Positions 1-8,706 of a stretch of 49,446 nt of DNA are shown piece by piece. The position numbers and the translations under genes were made by a program. Source of the stretch: Gemmatimonadales bacterium (GTDB lineage: Bacteria > Gemmatimonadota > Gemmatimonadetes > Gemmatimonadales > GWC2-71-9); contig DASXRM010000043.1 in NCBI GenBank assembly GCA_036506575.1, positions 1-49,446 on the forward strand, given 5' to 3'. Each line of letters begins with the position of its first letter. Position 1 is the first letter of the stretch. The notes under the pieces were generated by a model. The model ran no database searches, was not told where the DNA came from, and saw only the letters and a list, made by a program, of their open reading frames with translations.

Positions 1-186
1 TGAGAGGTGAGAGGTGAGAGGTAAGAGGTGAGAGGGGAGAGGGGGGCGAGAATTAACGTCAGAACCAGCTTGGACCCACGAATAGAATGGGTCCGGAGCA
101 AGCCACTCTTCCAGCCAGAGGTCTCACGTCTCACTTCTCACCTCTCACTTCTCACCTCTCACTTCTCACCTCTCACCTCTCACCTC
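1..186. repeat. Microsatellite-armed inverted repeat, copy 1 (left arm cut by window edge): TGAGAGG-type heptamers 1-46, 74-nt spacer, CTCTCAC-type heptamers 121-186
   Basis: Read directly: 6 purine-rich heptamers at 1-46 and 9 complementary heptamers at 121-186. The spacer has its own hairpin GGACCCA(72-78)/TGGGTCC(88-94). The right arm abuts the porin stop codon (185-187). Confidence 0.85.
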
Positions 187-1333
187 AAAACTGATACCCC
201 ACCCCCAGACTCAGCAGCTCGCCTTCGCCCAGGCCCGCCTGATTGCGTTGGAGCTGGTAGTCGCCTTTGAAGACCACGTTATAAATCGGCTTGTAGGACA
301 ACCCGAAGGTGGTAATGCGCCGCGCCAACGACTCGTCCTTCACCACAGCCGGCGGCACCTCGGCCTGCGTATCGAAGTGTTCGTAGCGGAGAAAGGCGTT
401 GAGCCGCTGCACCGAGGCCGGCGCCAGCACGGACAATAGGTTGTAGGCGGCTTCGACGTATCCACCGGCAATGCGGCTGCCCACCTGTCCGCCATAGGCG
501 GCGTTGATGGCCTCCGCATCGGAAATGCTGATATTGGCAACCACCCCCCGAAACATCAATGCGCCGGTATCGTACCTGGCGTCGGCCGCCACCAGCGCGA
601 CCGCGTTGTCGAAGCTGCCGGTGCCCAATGCCGGATCCTGGTTGGCGCTGCCACCGTACCAGAACGAGCCGCCCAGCCTGAGGCCAGGACGAACCCACTC
701 CACCCGACCGGTCAGCGACGGATTGGCGAAGCTGGCCTCCTTTCCCTCCTGCCGCCCGCCTCGAATCCCGGAGACCGCATCGAATCCATCCGCCCGAAGG
801 CCGTTGACCAGGTACACCCGGTAGCTCAACCCGGCCGACCCCGGGAACGCGCCGACGGCACCGATCCCGAGCTCGCGCCAGGTGGTGGGAAGAACGTCAC
901 GATCGAAGCTGGGCCGAGCTACTCCGTTGAATGTGGGCGGCTCGTGTAGCTCATTGACGATCCCAACCGGCGGGAGCACCAGACCTGCCCGTAAGGTGAT
1001 GGCGGGCGCGATGAGATAGTCGAGGTACAGCTGCTCGAGCGCCACCTCGCCTCCTTCCTCGCCCCCCTCGATCTTGGCATCCTCCAGCTCCACCTCAGAC
1101 CGGAAGGCCAGACGCTCACTGAAACTGTGCGCCAGATAGACCACGAACCGCCGTACGTTGATCTCGCCTGGGGTATTCGGCCCGGTGGCGTTGGTATAGT
1201 GCACCTCTCCATACCCACCAACCGTGGTAGTCTCGGTCTCCTGAGCGAAGAGAGCAGCCGGACTGAAGGACAGAGGGACCGCACCGACGGCGAGAGCGGC
1301 CAGCTTGAGGTACGCGCACCGCGGGAAAGGCAT
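185..1333 (-). CDS. Outer-membrane beta-barrel porin (phosphate-selective porin O/P-like)
   Basis: ATG start. Signal peptide LKLAALAVGAVPLSFSPAALFAQ, alternating beta-strand-like pattern, and a C-terminal ...GVGYQF aromatic terminus typical of OM barrels. Confidence 0.7.
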   Translation of the reverse strand: MPFPRCAYLKLAALAVGAVPLSFSPAALFAQETETTTVGGYGEVHYTNATGPNTPGEINVRRFVVYLAHSFSERLAFRSEVELEDAKIEGGEEGGEVALEQLYLDYLIAPAITLRAGLVLPPVGIVNELHEPPTFNGVARPSFDRDVLPTTWRELGIGAVGAFPGSAGLSYRVYLVNGLRADGFDAVSGIRGGRQEGKEASFANPSLTGRVEWVRPGLRLGGSFWYGGSANQDPALGTGSFDNAVALVAADARYDTGALMFRGVVANISISDAEAINAAYGGQVGSRIAGGYVEAAYNLLSVLAPASVQRLNAFLRYEHFDTQAEVPPAVVKDESLARRITTFGLSYKPIYNVVFKGDYQLQRNQAGLGEGELLSLGVGYQF

Positions 1334-1365
1334 CCGGGATCCTGATGAGGGGGCTGAAGACTAAT

Positions 1366-1380
1366 TGAGAATGGTTTTCA
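1366..1380. promoter_or_regulatory. Possible Fur-family 7-1-7 operator (TGAGAAT-G-GTTTTCA) in the AT-rich divergent promoter region
   Basis: 11 of 14 matches to the TGATAAT-N-ATTATCA core. It lies 33-47 nt upstream of the porin ATG, in the only AT-rich stretch of this intergenic region. Confidence 0.25.
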
Positions 1381-1494
1381 TCTATAAGCCCTACTACTTT
1401 ATTCCCGATTAACACTGGTGTCAACACTCGCTCCCGCGCATCATTGGACAGTATCCGCACTTCCATGACCTCACCCGGGCACTGAAGAGGCCCC

Positions 1495-2337
1495 ATGGTC
1501 CTGCTGCCCCTCCGCGACGTTCGTCTCCCCAAGGCCACCGAACAGTTTTACGACGGCTGGCTCGCCGACCTGGAGGCGCAACTCTCGGAGCCGGAAGCCG
1601 ATTGGCACCGGCTGACCCGCGACCTGCTGTTCCAGATCAATCACCCCGGCGCCGGGGATTATGAGGGACTGCTGCAGGATCCCAAGACCACGGAGGCGAG
1701 CCGGATCGCTCTGCTCTCATTCGACCCCCGCAACGTCACGCTGGAGCCCGAGTATTACGCCGAAGTCGACGCCGGGCGCTACGCCCGGGTGAAGCCGCTC
1801 ATCTGGCTCTGGCAGGGCTTCGATCGTTCACCGCTCGGCGGTAACGTGCATCTCGGCGTGCGCTTCCGCCGTATTCTGGCCCCTCACATCTTTGCTCGAG
1901 TCGGCCGGAACTTTAAGGCCTTCCACTTCGTGGAGTTCTCGTTCGGGTACAATCTCGAGGTGGGCGACGACGTCGTGGTGCACCGGAACGTCCTGCTGGA
2001 CGACCGCGGGGGCATCACGCTGGGCAACCGCGTGAGTGTCTCCGACTACGCGAACATTTACAGCCACACCCACAGCATCGTAGATCAAAGGGATGTCACC
2101 AATGCGCGGACGATACTGGAGGACGACGTGCGGATCACCTATCACGCGACCGTCCTTGCCGGCGTGCGGGTAGGTCGGAACGCCATGGTCGGGGCCAACG
2201 CCGTGGCAACGAAGGATGTGCGGCCCTATCACGTGAATGTCGGCATTCCAGCCAAGTCGATTCGGGTCAAGCCGAATGCGCCGCCGGAGGCTTACGTAAC
2301 CGAGCGGGTCGCGCGCAGCCAAGCCCGGGAGTCCTGA
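1495..2337 (+). CDS. Hexapeptide-repeat (left-handed beta-helix) acyl/acetyltransferase
   Basis: ATG preceded by GAAGAGG. The C-terminal half shows LbH repeats (VVVHRNVLLDDRGGITLGNRVSVSDYANIY ... VRITYHATVLAGVRVGRNAMVGANAVAT). The stop lies 1 nt before the kinase start. Confidence 0.75.
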   Translation: MVLLPLRDVRLPKATEQFYDGWLADLEAQLSEPEADWHRLTRDLLFQINHPGAGDYEGLLQDPKTTEASRIALLSFDPRNVTLEPEYYAEVDAGRYARVKPLIWLWQGFDRSPLGGNVHLGVRFRRILAPHIFARVGRNFKAFHFVEFSFGYNLEVGDDVVVHRNVLLDDRGGITLGNRVSVSDYANIYSHTHSIVDQRDVTNARTILEDDVRITYHATVLAGVRVGRNAMVGANAVATKDVRPYHVNVGIPAKSIRVKPNAPPEAYVTERVARSQARES

Positions 2338-2338
2338 G

Positions 2339-4657
2339 GTGTCTCGCCGGCCCGGTAACCCGCCGCTGCCCGCAGCCGCCCTCGCGGCCGGGGCACTACT
2401 CGCCTCCATCCTCACTGCCGTCCTCGTTGCCGGTCCCCCGCCGGCGCGGCCGATGGCGGTCATGGCGGTGGCGAGCACTATCATCCTTGCCCTCTCGATC
2501 TGGCGTAGAGGGTGGGAGGTTCCGCTCCACCTGGTAGCCGCGACCCTCCTCGGCATCGTTGCGTGGTGGGAGGAGGATCGGGTCTGGTGGATCTCCCTCT
2601 TTGCCAGCCTCAGCATTTTGGGAACCTTCTGGGTTGCTCTGGTCCGATCCCGCCGTCGGGCTCGAGAAGCCGAAGCCAAGGCCGACCAGCTCGCGGTTCA
2701 GGTCGACCGCCGCATCAGTGAGCTCTTTTCCCTCCAGGAGCTGAGCTACGTCCTTTCGGAATCGATCCAGCTAGACCGCGTGGTGGACCAGGTGGCCAGG
2801 TATGCCGCGCGCTTTCTCCAGGCGGATGGCGCGGTGGTAGTGCTGGTTGAGATGGAGGGACGGGCACTACGCGTCGTGGCGGCTTCAGGAACGCTGGAGT
2901 CGCTGGTAGGACAGGTGAGCGAAGAATCGGAGAGCGCGCTGGTGCGCTTCGCGATCGGGCGGGACCGAATCGAGGTCGCCCAGGGAACCGAGACTCCAAC
3001 GGTCGACCTCATCGGTGGCTTGCTGGTCCGCTCGGCGGCCGTGGCCCCGCTCCGAGCCCAGGGGATCACGATGGGCGCGCTGGCGGTAGCCGACCGGAGG
3101 GGCGGTCCGTTCACGACGGAAGATCTCTGGCTTTTGTCGACCGTGGCCACGAATGCATCCGTGGTGCTGGCCAACAGTCGCCTCTACGAGATGGTGCGCC
3201 GCAGCGAAGAAGAGTGGGAAACGGCGTTCAACGCTCTCACCGAAGGGATCGCGGTGGTAGGACCCACGGGCGCGATCCTCCGGGCCAACCGGGCGCTGGC
3301 GGCGCTGGCTGAACTGCCCGAATCCGAGCTGGTCAGCCGCGACTTCTGCGAGCTGCTTCCCGGAGCGTCCGAAGTCGTTGCCGGCCTGATCCAGGCGGCG
3401 TATCGCAGGGAGAGGACTGCCCCCTTGGTGGTGCGACTGGAGCAGAATCACCGGGTGCTCCGGTTGACCGCGGCGCCCCTGGCCGGCACGGAATCGGGCT
3501 CGGTGGTTATCCTGATCGAAGATGTCACCGAGCAGCGAATGCTCGAGGCTCAGATCATCCAGAACGACAAAATGGCTTCGATCGGGCAGCTGGTGTCCGG
3601 CGTGGCGCATGAGCTGAACAATCCTCTCACCTCGATTGCGGGGCTGGCCGAGCTCCTGCTGGAGCGGCGCCCGCATCCGGAGCTTCCGCGGGAACACCTC
3701 CGGGTAATTCACGATCAGGCCGAGCGCGCCGGGCGAATAGTGCGCAACCTGCTGACCTTCGCCCGAAAGGGTGTGGCCGAGAAGACGGCGGTCGATCTGA
3801 ATGACGTAGTCACCCGGACCTCGCTGCTGATCATGCACGAGCTGCAGCTCCACGGGATCGAGCTGGATTCGGCGCTGAGCGCGGATCCGGTTGTGGTGCT
3901 GGGCGACCGCTACGAGCTGCAGCAGGTCCTGCTCAATCTGGTGACCAACGCGGTACAAGCCGTGACCGGCGTGGAGGCCGGAAGACCGCGGCGCATCACC
4001 CTGTCCACCAGCCGCTCCGAGGGAGAAGCGGTACTCCGAGTTTGCGACAACGGACCGGGGGTGCCGAAGCACTTCGCTCCCTATCTTTTCACACCGTTCT
4101 TCACCACCAAGGCTCCCGGAGAGGGCACCGGCCTAGGTCTGTCGCTCAGCTACGGGCTGGTGAAGGCTCACGGCGGTGCTCTTGTCTACGAGCCGCCCCC
4201 CGAAGGCGGCGCTGAATTCCGGGTTACGCTGCCTCTCTATGAGTCCGAGATCCCCGCCCCAGTGCAGGAGCCGGTGGCCAAGGAGAACGGTCGCTCGGCT
4301 GCCCGTCGGATTCTGGTTGTGGACGAAGATCCCGCGGTACATCGGCTGGTGAGCGCCCTGTTCACTCCCGAGGGCCATGCGGTGGAGTCGGTGCGCTCGG
4401 GGGAACAGGCGTTGAGACTGGCGCGAGAGGGCGATTACGACATGATCATCGCAGACGTGCGGATGGCGGCCGGCGCGGCGGAGCCGTTCGCCCACGCGCT
4501 GCTCCATGCCTGTCCCCAGGCCCGAGGCCGGCTGGTAGTCGCTTGCTCCGGCGAAGAGGATCTCCCTGCCCCGTTATCGGAGCAGGCGCTTCGCCGGGTG
4601 AGGAAGCCGTTCAATCCCCGCGACCTCCGGAGGGTCGCCAAGGAGATTTTTCAGTAG
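2339..4657 (+). CDS. Hybrid sensor histidine kinase (TM segments - GAF - PAS - HisKA - HATPase_c - REC)
   Basis: GTG start and four N-terminal hydrophobic segments. H-box SGVAHELNNPLTSI; N/G boxes NLVTNAVQA, DNGPGVP, GTGLGLSLS. C-terminal receiver ILVVDEDP...DMIIADVRM. Confidence 0.9.
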   Translation: MSRRPGNPPLPAAALAAGALLASILTAVLVAGPPPARPMAVMAVASTIILALSIWRRGWEVPLHLVAATLLGIVAWWEEDRVWWISLFASLSILGTFWVALVRSRRRAREAEAKADQLAVQVDRRISELFSLQELSYVLSESIQLDRVVDQVARYAARFLQADGAVVVLVEMEGRALRVVAASGTLESLVGQVSEESESALVRFAIGRDRIEVAQGTETPTVDLIGGLLVRSAAVAPLRAQGITMGALAVADRRGGPFTTEDLWLLSTVATNASVVLANSRLYEMVRRSEEEWETAFNALTEGIAVVGPTGAILRANRALAALAELPESELVSRDFCELLPGASEVVAGLIQAAYRRERTAPLVVRLEQNHRVLRLTAAPLAGTESGSVVILIEDVTEQRMLEAQIIQNDKMASIGQLVSGVAHELNNPLTSIAGLAELLLERRPHPELPREHLRVIHDQAERAGRIVRNLLTFARKGVAEKTAVDLNDVVTRTSLLIMHELQLHGIELDSALSADPVVVLGDRYELQQVLLNLVTNAVQAVTGVEAGRPRRITLSTSRSEGEAVLRVCDNGPGVPKHFAPYLFTPFFTTKAPGEGTGLGLSLSYGLVKAHGGALVYEPPPEGGAEFRVTLPLYESEIPAPVQEPVAKENGRSAARRILVVDEDPAVHRLVSALFTPEGHAVESVRSGEQALRLAREGDYDMIIADVRMAAGAAEPFAHALLHACPQARGRLVVACSGEEDLPAPLSEQALRRVRKPFNPRDLRRVAKEIFQ

Positions 4658-6078
4658 CCGGCCGCACTGGCGGGCTTCCAGGGCAACACGCTGATTCGTC
4701 CTTTGACCTTCGACGTAGCGCTAGAGGCGTCCGCGGTGGCCCAGTAGTTACCCCCCGCCGCCAGGTCGGGCGCATCGATGAACCATCGGGTGGCCCGCAG
4801 GAAGATGTTGCCCGTGACCTCGCTGGCGTGCCCCTCTCCATCCAGCACCAGCCCATCTCCTACGCCGTCAAAGAGGTTGCCCCGCAGCTGGGCGCGGGTG
4901 GTCCGCTCCAGGACGATGCCTTGCTCCAGTCGCGTCAGCACGTTGTCGTCGATCCGATACCGGCGGCTGGGATCTCCCGGCTGCTCCGGTGCGCCGACCC
5001 GGATGCCCACAGCGCCTCCGATCAGCACGTTGTCCAGGATGGCGTTGTCGCTGCCATGGTCGCTGACTATGCCGGCCGTCCGCGAGCCGATGACGGTATT
5101 CCCCCGGAGGATGGTGCCTCCCGAGTGATCCATGCGGAAGCCTATGGCTGAGCTGTCGGCCCGGTTATCCAGAAAGGTATTGCTCCATCCGAAGGACGAG
5201 GTAAAGCCGGTCCGCAATGCGGAAGACGCGTCGTTACGGTAGACCAGATTGCCCACTGAGGGCCGGGTCGCGCGGCGCTCGCCAGCGAGCAGCAAACCCA
5301 GGCTCGATGCCGTAAGATCGTTGTCGACGATGGTGTTGGAGTCGCTCGCATCGCGCAGCAGAACCGCCGCGGCGCCGCAGTCGCCGGCGGGCACCTGAGA
5401 CTCGCAACGACGGGTGTGATCGGCGCGGTTCCGCGCAATGATGTTCCGGGACGAGCGCCAGAGATGGATGCCCCAGCCGTTGTTCATCGCGACATCGTTA
5501 TCGGCGATATAGCTGTCGCGCACCTCCAGGAGCGCGATGCCGTTCTGAGCGCCACGTGCGGTGATGCCGGTAATGCTCGCGGCGACGGTTCGCCGGAGCA
5601 GAATGCCGCCGCCGTATCGCTCGAACGTATCGGGTAGCACGACGTTCAGGTGGTCCATCGCGTCGGGGCGCGCGGGCGTGGAGCGGACCCCCTGGTCCCG
5701 GCTGCCCGAGAGGTCGGTGCCGGTAATCCGATGGGCCCGGCCGCCCTCCAGATGCACCCCGTAGCGATATCCGCGGATGGCACCGCCCATGATGGTGACC
5801 GCGTCCACCCCCTGGCTCGTGACCCCTGCCCCGATGAATCGGTCCGGCACCGAATCTCCGCTCTCGAGCACGACGCCGGTAAGGTCGATACGGGTCCCCG
5901 AAGCGGCGGCGATGATCACGCCCTGCTCGTTTCGGTCAGCGATCCGATAGTGACCGGGGCAGATCCGCACCTCACCCTGTACCTGTGTGCCCGACCGGAT
6001 GGGTCGAAGGCATGGCGCCGCGCCGCCTGGCACCGATGAAGCCATAACTGGTAGCAGAGAGATAACAGCGAGGATCAT
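4651..6078 (-). CDS. Secreted right-handed parallel beta-helix repeat protein (NosD/pectate-lyase-like fold)
   Basis: The internal ATG at 6078 overlaps the hisF stop (ATGA). Signal-like [15 protein letters not shown]. Recurrent beta-helix turns ([52 protein letters not shown]). The longer ORF-track N-terminus is Arg/Gly-rich and overlaps hisF. Confidence 0.65.
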   Translation of the reverse strand: MILAVISLLPVMASSVPGGAAPCLRPIRSGTQVQGEVRICPGHYRIADRNEQGVIIAAASGTRIDLTGVVLESGDSVPDRFIGAGVTSQGVDAVTIMGGAIRGYRYGVHLEGGRAHRITGTDLSGSRDQGVRSTPARPDAMDHLNVVLPDTFERYGGGILLRRTVAASITGITARGAQNGIALLEVRDSYIADNDVAMNNGWGIHLWRSSRNIIARNRADHTRRCESQVPAGDCGAAAVLLRDASDSNTIVDNDLTASSLGLLLAGERRATRPSVGNLVYRNDASSALRTGFTSSFGWSNTFLDNRADSSAIGFRMDHSGGTILRGNTVIGSRTAGIVSDHGSDNAILDNVLIGGAVGIRVGAPEQPGDPSRRYRIDDNVLTRLEQGIVLERTTRAQLRGNLFDGVGDGLVLDGEGHASEVTGNIFLRATRWFIDAPDLAAGGNYWATADASSATSKVKGRISVLPWKPASAAGY

Positions 6079-6827
6079 GGTCGAACCGGATAGCCCCGCT
6101 CGCGAAGGTAAGCCCGCGCCCGCGGCAAAGAGGACTCCCGAAAGTGGAAGATGGTTGCGGCAAGAACCCCGTGCGCCCCTGCCTCCAAAGCATCCGCCAG
6201 GTGCTCCAGTTGGCCAGCGCCGCCGGACGCGATCACCGGAATGCTCACGCCGGCCGACACCTGGCGGATCAGCGGGAGATCGTATCCTTGGCCCGTGCCG
6301 TCCCGGTCCATCGACGTGAGCAGGATCTCGCCGGCCCCGAGCGTCTCCAATCGCCGGGTCCAATCGACCGCTTCGAGCGGCGTCTCCTCCCGGCCGCCGT
6401 TGATCATCACCACGAAGCGCCCGTCGATGCACCTGACGTCCACCGCCACCACCACACACTGGGTACCAAAGCTTTCGGCCAACCGGGAGACCAACGTGGG
6501 ATCACGCACCGCGGCCGTGTTGATGGCGGTTTTGTCTGCGCCCGCTCTCAGCGCCGCACCGGCATCCTGCACCGAGCGGATGCCCCCGCCCACCGTGAAC
6601 GGAATAAAAATGGCTTCCGCAACCCGGCTGACCATCCCGAGCGTGGTGCGGCGCGCCTCTGGGGTGGCCGAGATATCCAGAAAGATGAGTTCATCGGCGC
6701 CGTCGGCGTCATAACGAGCCGCCTGCGCCACCGGATCGCCCGCGTCCCGGAGGCTCTCGAAGTGGACCCCCTTGACCACCCGCCCACCAGCCACGTCGAG
6801 ACAGGGGATGATTCGCCGGGCTAGCAT
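6075..6827 (-). CDS. hisF: Imidazole glycerol phosphate synthase, cyclase subunit
   Basis: [23 protein letters not shown]... and ...[10 protein letters not shown] are classic HisF motifs. Start is the ATG at 6827, chosen over the Arg-rich upstream extension. Confidence 0.93.
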   Translation of the reverse strand: MLARRIIPCLDVAGGRVVKGVHFESLRDAGDPVAQAARYDADGADELIFLDISATPEARRTTLGMVSRVAEAIFIPFTVGGGIRSVQDAGAALRAGADKTAINTAAVRDPTLVSRLAESFGTQCVVVAVDVRCIDGRFVVMINGGREETPLEAVDWTRRLETLGAGEILLTSMDRDGTGQGYDLPLIRQVSAGVSIPVIASGGAGQLEHLADALEAGAHGVLAATIFHFRESSLPRARAYLRERGYPVRP

Positions 6828-7288
6828 ACCCGGAGCACGTCGTCCACCGCGCCTGCGTCCCCCGTCCCCAGCAGCGCCACGATATCGTCCACCGCGCGGC
6901 GCTCGCGGGGCCAGGCAAAGCGGAGTCGAGCCCCCTCGGGAGCGAGCCATTCAAAGCGATCGTGCTCCGGCCCGAGCCGTACGGCGGCATCGGGAGCGAC
7001 GAAAGCGGCGAAGACCGGGACCAGAGCGACTTCGTCTGCCCGGTGCTGATAGAACAACTCGACCCGGCTCAAGTTGTAGAGCCTGAGCGGGGTGAGCCCG
7101 GTCTCCTCCTCCAGCTCCCGAGCCGCCGCGCCGGCCGGCTGCTCGGCCGGTTCGATGTGCCCGTGCACGCTTTCCCAGGAGCCCGGACAGCGCCCGCCAG
7201 GAGCGCGCCGAAGCGCCAGGCATTCCAGCGAGGACCCGGTCCTGCGCAGCACGTACACGTCCACCAGCGAGGTCCGCACCGAGGTCAT
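6821..7288 (-). CDS. NUDIX hydrolase
   Basis: Perfect NUDIX box [23 protein letters not shown] (GX5EX7REUXEEXGU). The ATG at 7288 overlaps the hisH stop (ATGA), and the stop overlaps the hisF start by 7 nt. Confidence 0.8.
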   Translation of the reverse strand: MTSVRTSLVDVYVLRRTGSSLECLALRRAPGGRCPGSWESVHGHIEPAEQPAGAAARELEEETGLTPLRLYNLSRVELFYQHRADEVALVPVFAAFVAPDAAVRLGPEHDRFEWLAPEGARLRFAWPRERRAVDDIVALLGTGDAGAVDDVLRVC

Positions 7289-7905
7289 GGGTGCCACTCG
7301 GCGAAAGCGGCGAGCAGTGCAATTCCCGCGCGCTGAGACTTTTCCGGGTGAAACTGGGCCCCGATGATCGACCCTTCGCCCACGAGAGTGGGAAAGACGC
7401 CGCCGTAGTCGCCGGTCCCGAGTACATCCCCGGTGGGAAGGGAGGTCGGGTAATAGCTGTGAACGTGATAAAAGAATTGAGACGATTCTTCGAACGCCGC
7501 ACTCAGGAGCGCGTGCCGCCGACCGGACTCGGTCAGGTCGACCTTGGCCCATCCGACATGCGGAACCGGAAGTCCGCTGGAAAACCGTCGCACCCGGCCC
7601 GGGAGCAACGCCATACCGCGTGCCTGGGGGGCCTCCTCGCTCAGCTCGAAGAAGAGTTGCAGGCCAAGGCAGATGCCCATCACCGGACGTCCCGCCCTCG
7701 CCACTTCCCGAATCGCCTCGCCCAGACCGGTGGAGGCGAGCGTCCGCGATGCCTGGCCAAAGTTACCGACGCCGGGAACGAGTACCCGATCGGCCCGTCG
7801 AACTTCCTCGGGGTCGCTGATCAGGTCGGCCGGATGGCCGCTTACCCGGAGTGCGCGAGCCACGCTCGCCAGGTTGTTTACCCCGTAGTCTACCACGGCA
7901 ATCAC
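7285..7905 (-). CDS. hisH: Imidazole glycerol phosphate synthase, glutamine amidotransferase subunit
   Basis: MIAVVDYGVNNLASVARAL..., PGVGNFG, catalytic GICLGLQL, FHPEKS. The GTG start overlaps the hisB stop (GTGA). Confidence 0.93.
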   Translation of the reverse strand: MIAVVDYGVNNLASVARALRVSGHPADLISDPEEVRRADRVLVPGVGNFGQASRTLASTGLGEAIREVARAGRPVMGICLGLQLFFELSEEAPQARGMALLPGRVRRFSSGLPVPHVGWAKVDLTESGRRHALLSAAFEESSQFFYHVHSYYPTSLPTGDVLGTGDYGGVFPTLVGEGSIIGAQFHPEKSQRAGIALLAAFAEWHP

Positions 7906-8492
7906 AGCACGCCCTTGGTCGAGGGCACTCCACCCACCCGTGGATCCCGGGTGGTGGCGGCGTCGAAGGCCCGCGCAAAGGCCTTGAACGCGGCCTCGAC
8001 GATGTGATGCGGGTTATCTCCCCGGACCAGATCGAGGTGAACGGTGAGCCCCGCATTGAGCACCAGCGCCCGGAAGAACTCCGGGGTCAAAAACACATCG
8101 TACTCTCCGAGCATCTGCCACTTGGGAATCTCGATGTGGTATGAGAGATAGGGACGCCCGGAGACGTCTACCACGCACCGGACCAGGGCTTCATCTAGTG
8201 GGATCACGACGTCGGCATACCGCCGAATGCCGGCCCTGTCGCCCAGTGCCTCGCCGATCGCCTGGCCCAGGACGATGCCGGTGTCCTCGACCGTGTGATG
8301 GCCATCCACGTGGAGATCGCCGCGGGCCTCCACCGTCAGATCGAGCAGGCCGTGCCGGGCAAACGCGACCAGCATGTGGTCGAAAAAGCCGATCCCGGTC
8401 CTGACCTGTGCCTCGCCCCGGCCGTCGAGATCGACCCGGACGTGAAGATCGGTCTCATTCGTGGTTCGCCTGACCTCAGCTACGCGGGACAT
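7902..8492 (-). CDS. hisB: Imidazoleglycerol-phosphate dehydratase
   Basis: MSRVAEVRRTTNETDLHVRVDLDG..., DGHHTVEDTGIVLG, NPHHIVEAAFKAFARA. ATG at 8492 preceded by GGGGAG 6 nt upstream. The ORF-track extension reads through the repeat element. Confidence 0.92.
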   Translation of the reverse strand: MSRVAEVRRTTNETDLHVRVDLDGRGEAQVRTGIGFFDHMLVAFARHGLLDLTVEARGDLHVDGHHTVEDTGIVLGQAIGEALGDRAGIRRYADVVIPLDEALVRCVVDVSGRPYLSYHIEIPKWQMLGEYDVFLTPEFFRALVLNAGLTVHLDLVRGDNPHHIVEAAFKAFARAFDAATTRDPRVGGVPSTKGVL

Positions 8493-8514
8493 GCTGAGCT
8501 CCCCAAAAACATTG

Positions 8515-8706
8515 CCGCAGATAACCACGGATAAAGAACACGGATTATTCCTGGCCCACTCGGCGCTCCTCTCGCAGCAGCAGAGCTCGGCAATTTCTTG
8601 TTTAACAGCTGCTTTCAAACAAAACAACATCCCCGGACTCCACCTTGTGACGGGAGTCCCAAGCCCGCAAGGAGCGATCCGTGCTTTTATCCGTTTTTAT
8701 CTGCGG
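8515..8706. repeat. Microsatellite-armed inverted repeat, copy 2 (hisC-hisB intercistronic): arms 8515-8545 and 8677-8706, 131-nt spacer
   Basis: CCGCAGATAACCACGGATAAAGAACACGGAT versus the reverse complement of ATCCGTGCTTTTATCCGTTTTTATCTGCGG (about 26 of 30 positions pair). Each arm contains ACGGATAAA twice. The spacer has hairpin GGACTCC(8635-8641)/GGAGTCC(8653-8659). The hisC stop lies inside the right arm. Confidence 0.85.

Noticed and set aside
28-270. ORF translating to ...SHLSLLTSHFSPLTSHL...
   Set aside because: It is simply the heptamer array of repeat copy 1 read as protein. It shows low-complexity periodic sequence, has no start context, and overlaps the porin 3' end.
6079-6459. 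N-terminal extensions given by the ORF track. These affect the beta-helix protein, hisF, NUDIX, hisB, the PilB-like ATPase, glmM, purD, the Cho-like nuclease and the protein at 43206.
   Set aside because: The extensions are Arg/Gly-rich, overlap the upstream gene, and precede internal ATG/GTG codons. Those internal codons give canonical family N-termini and form ATGA/GTGA overlaps with the upstream stop.
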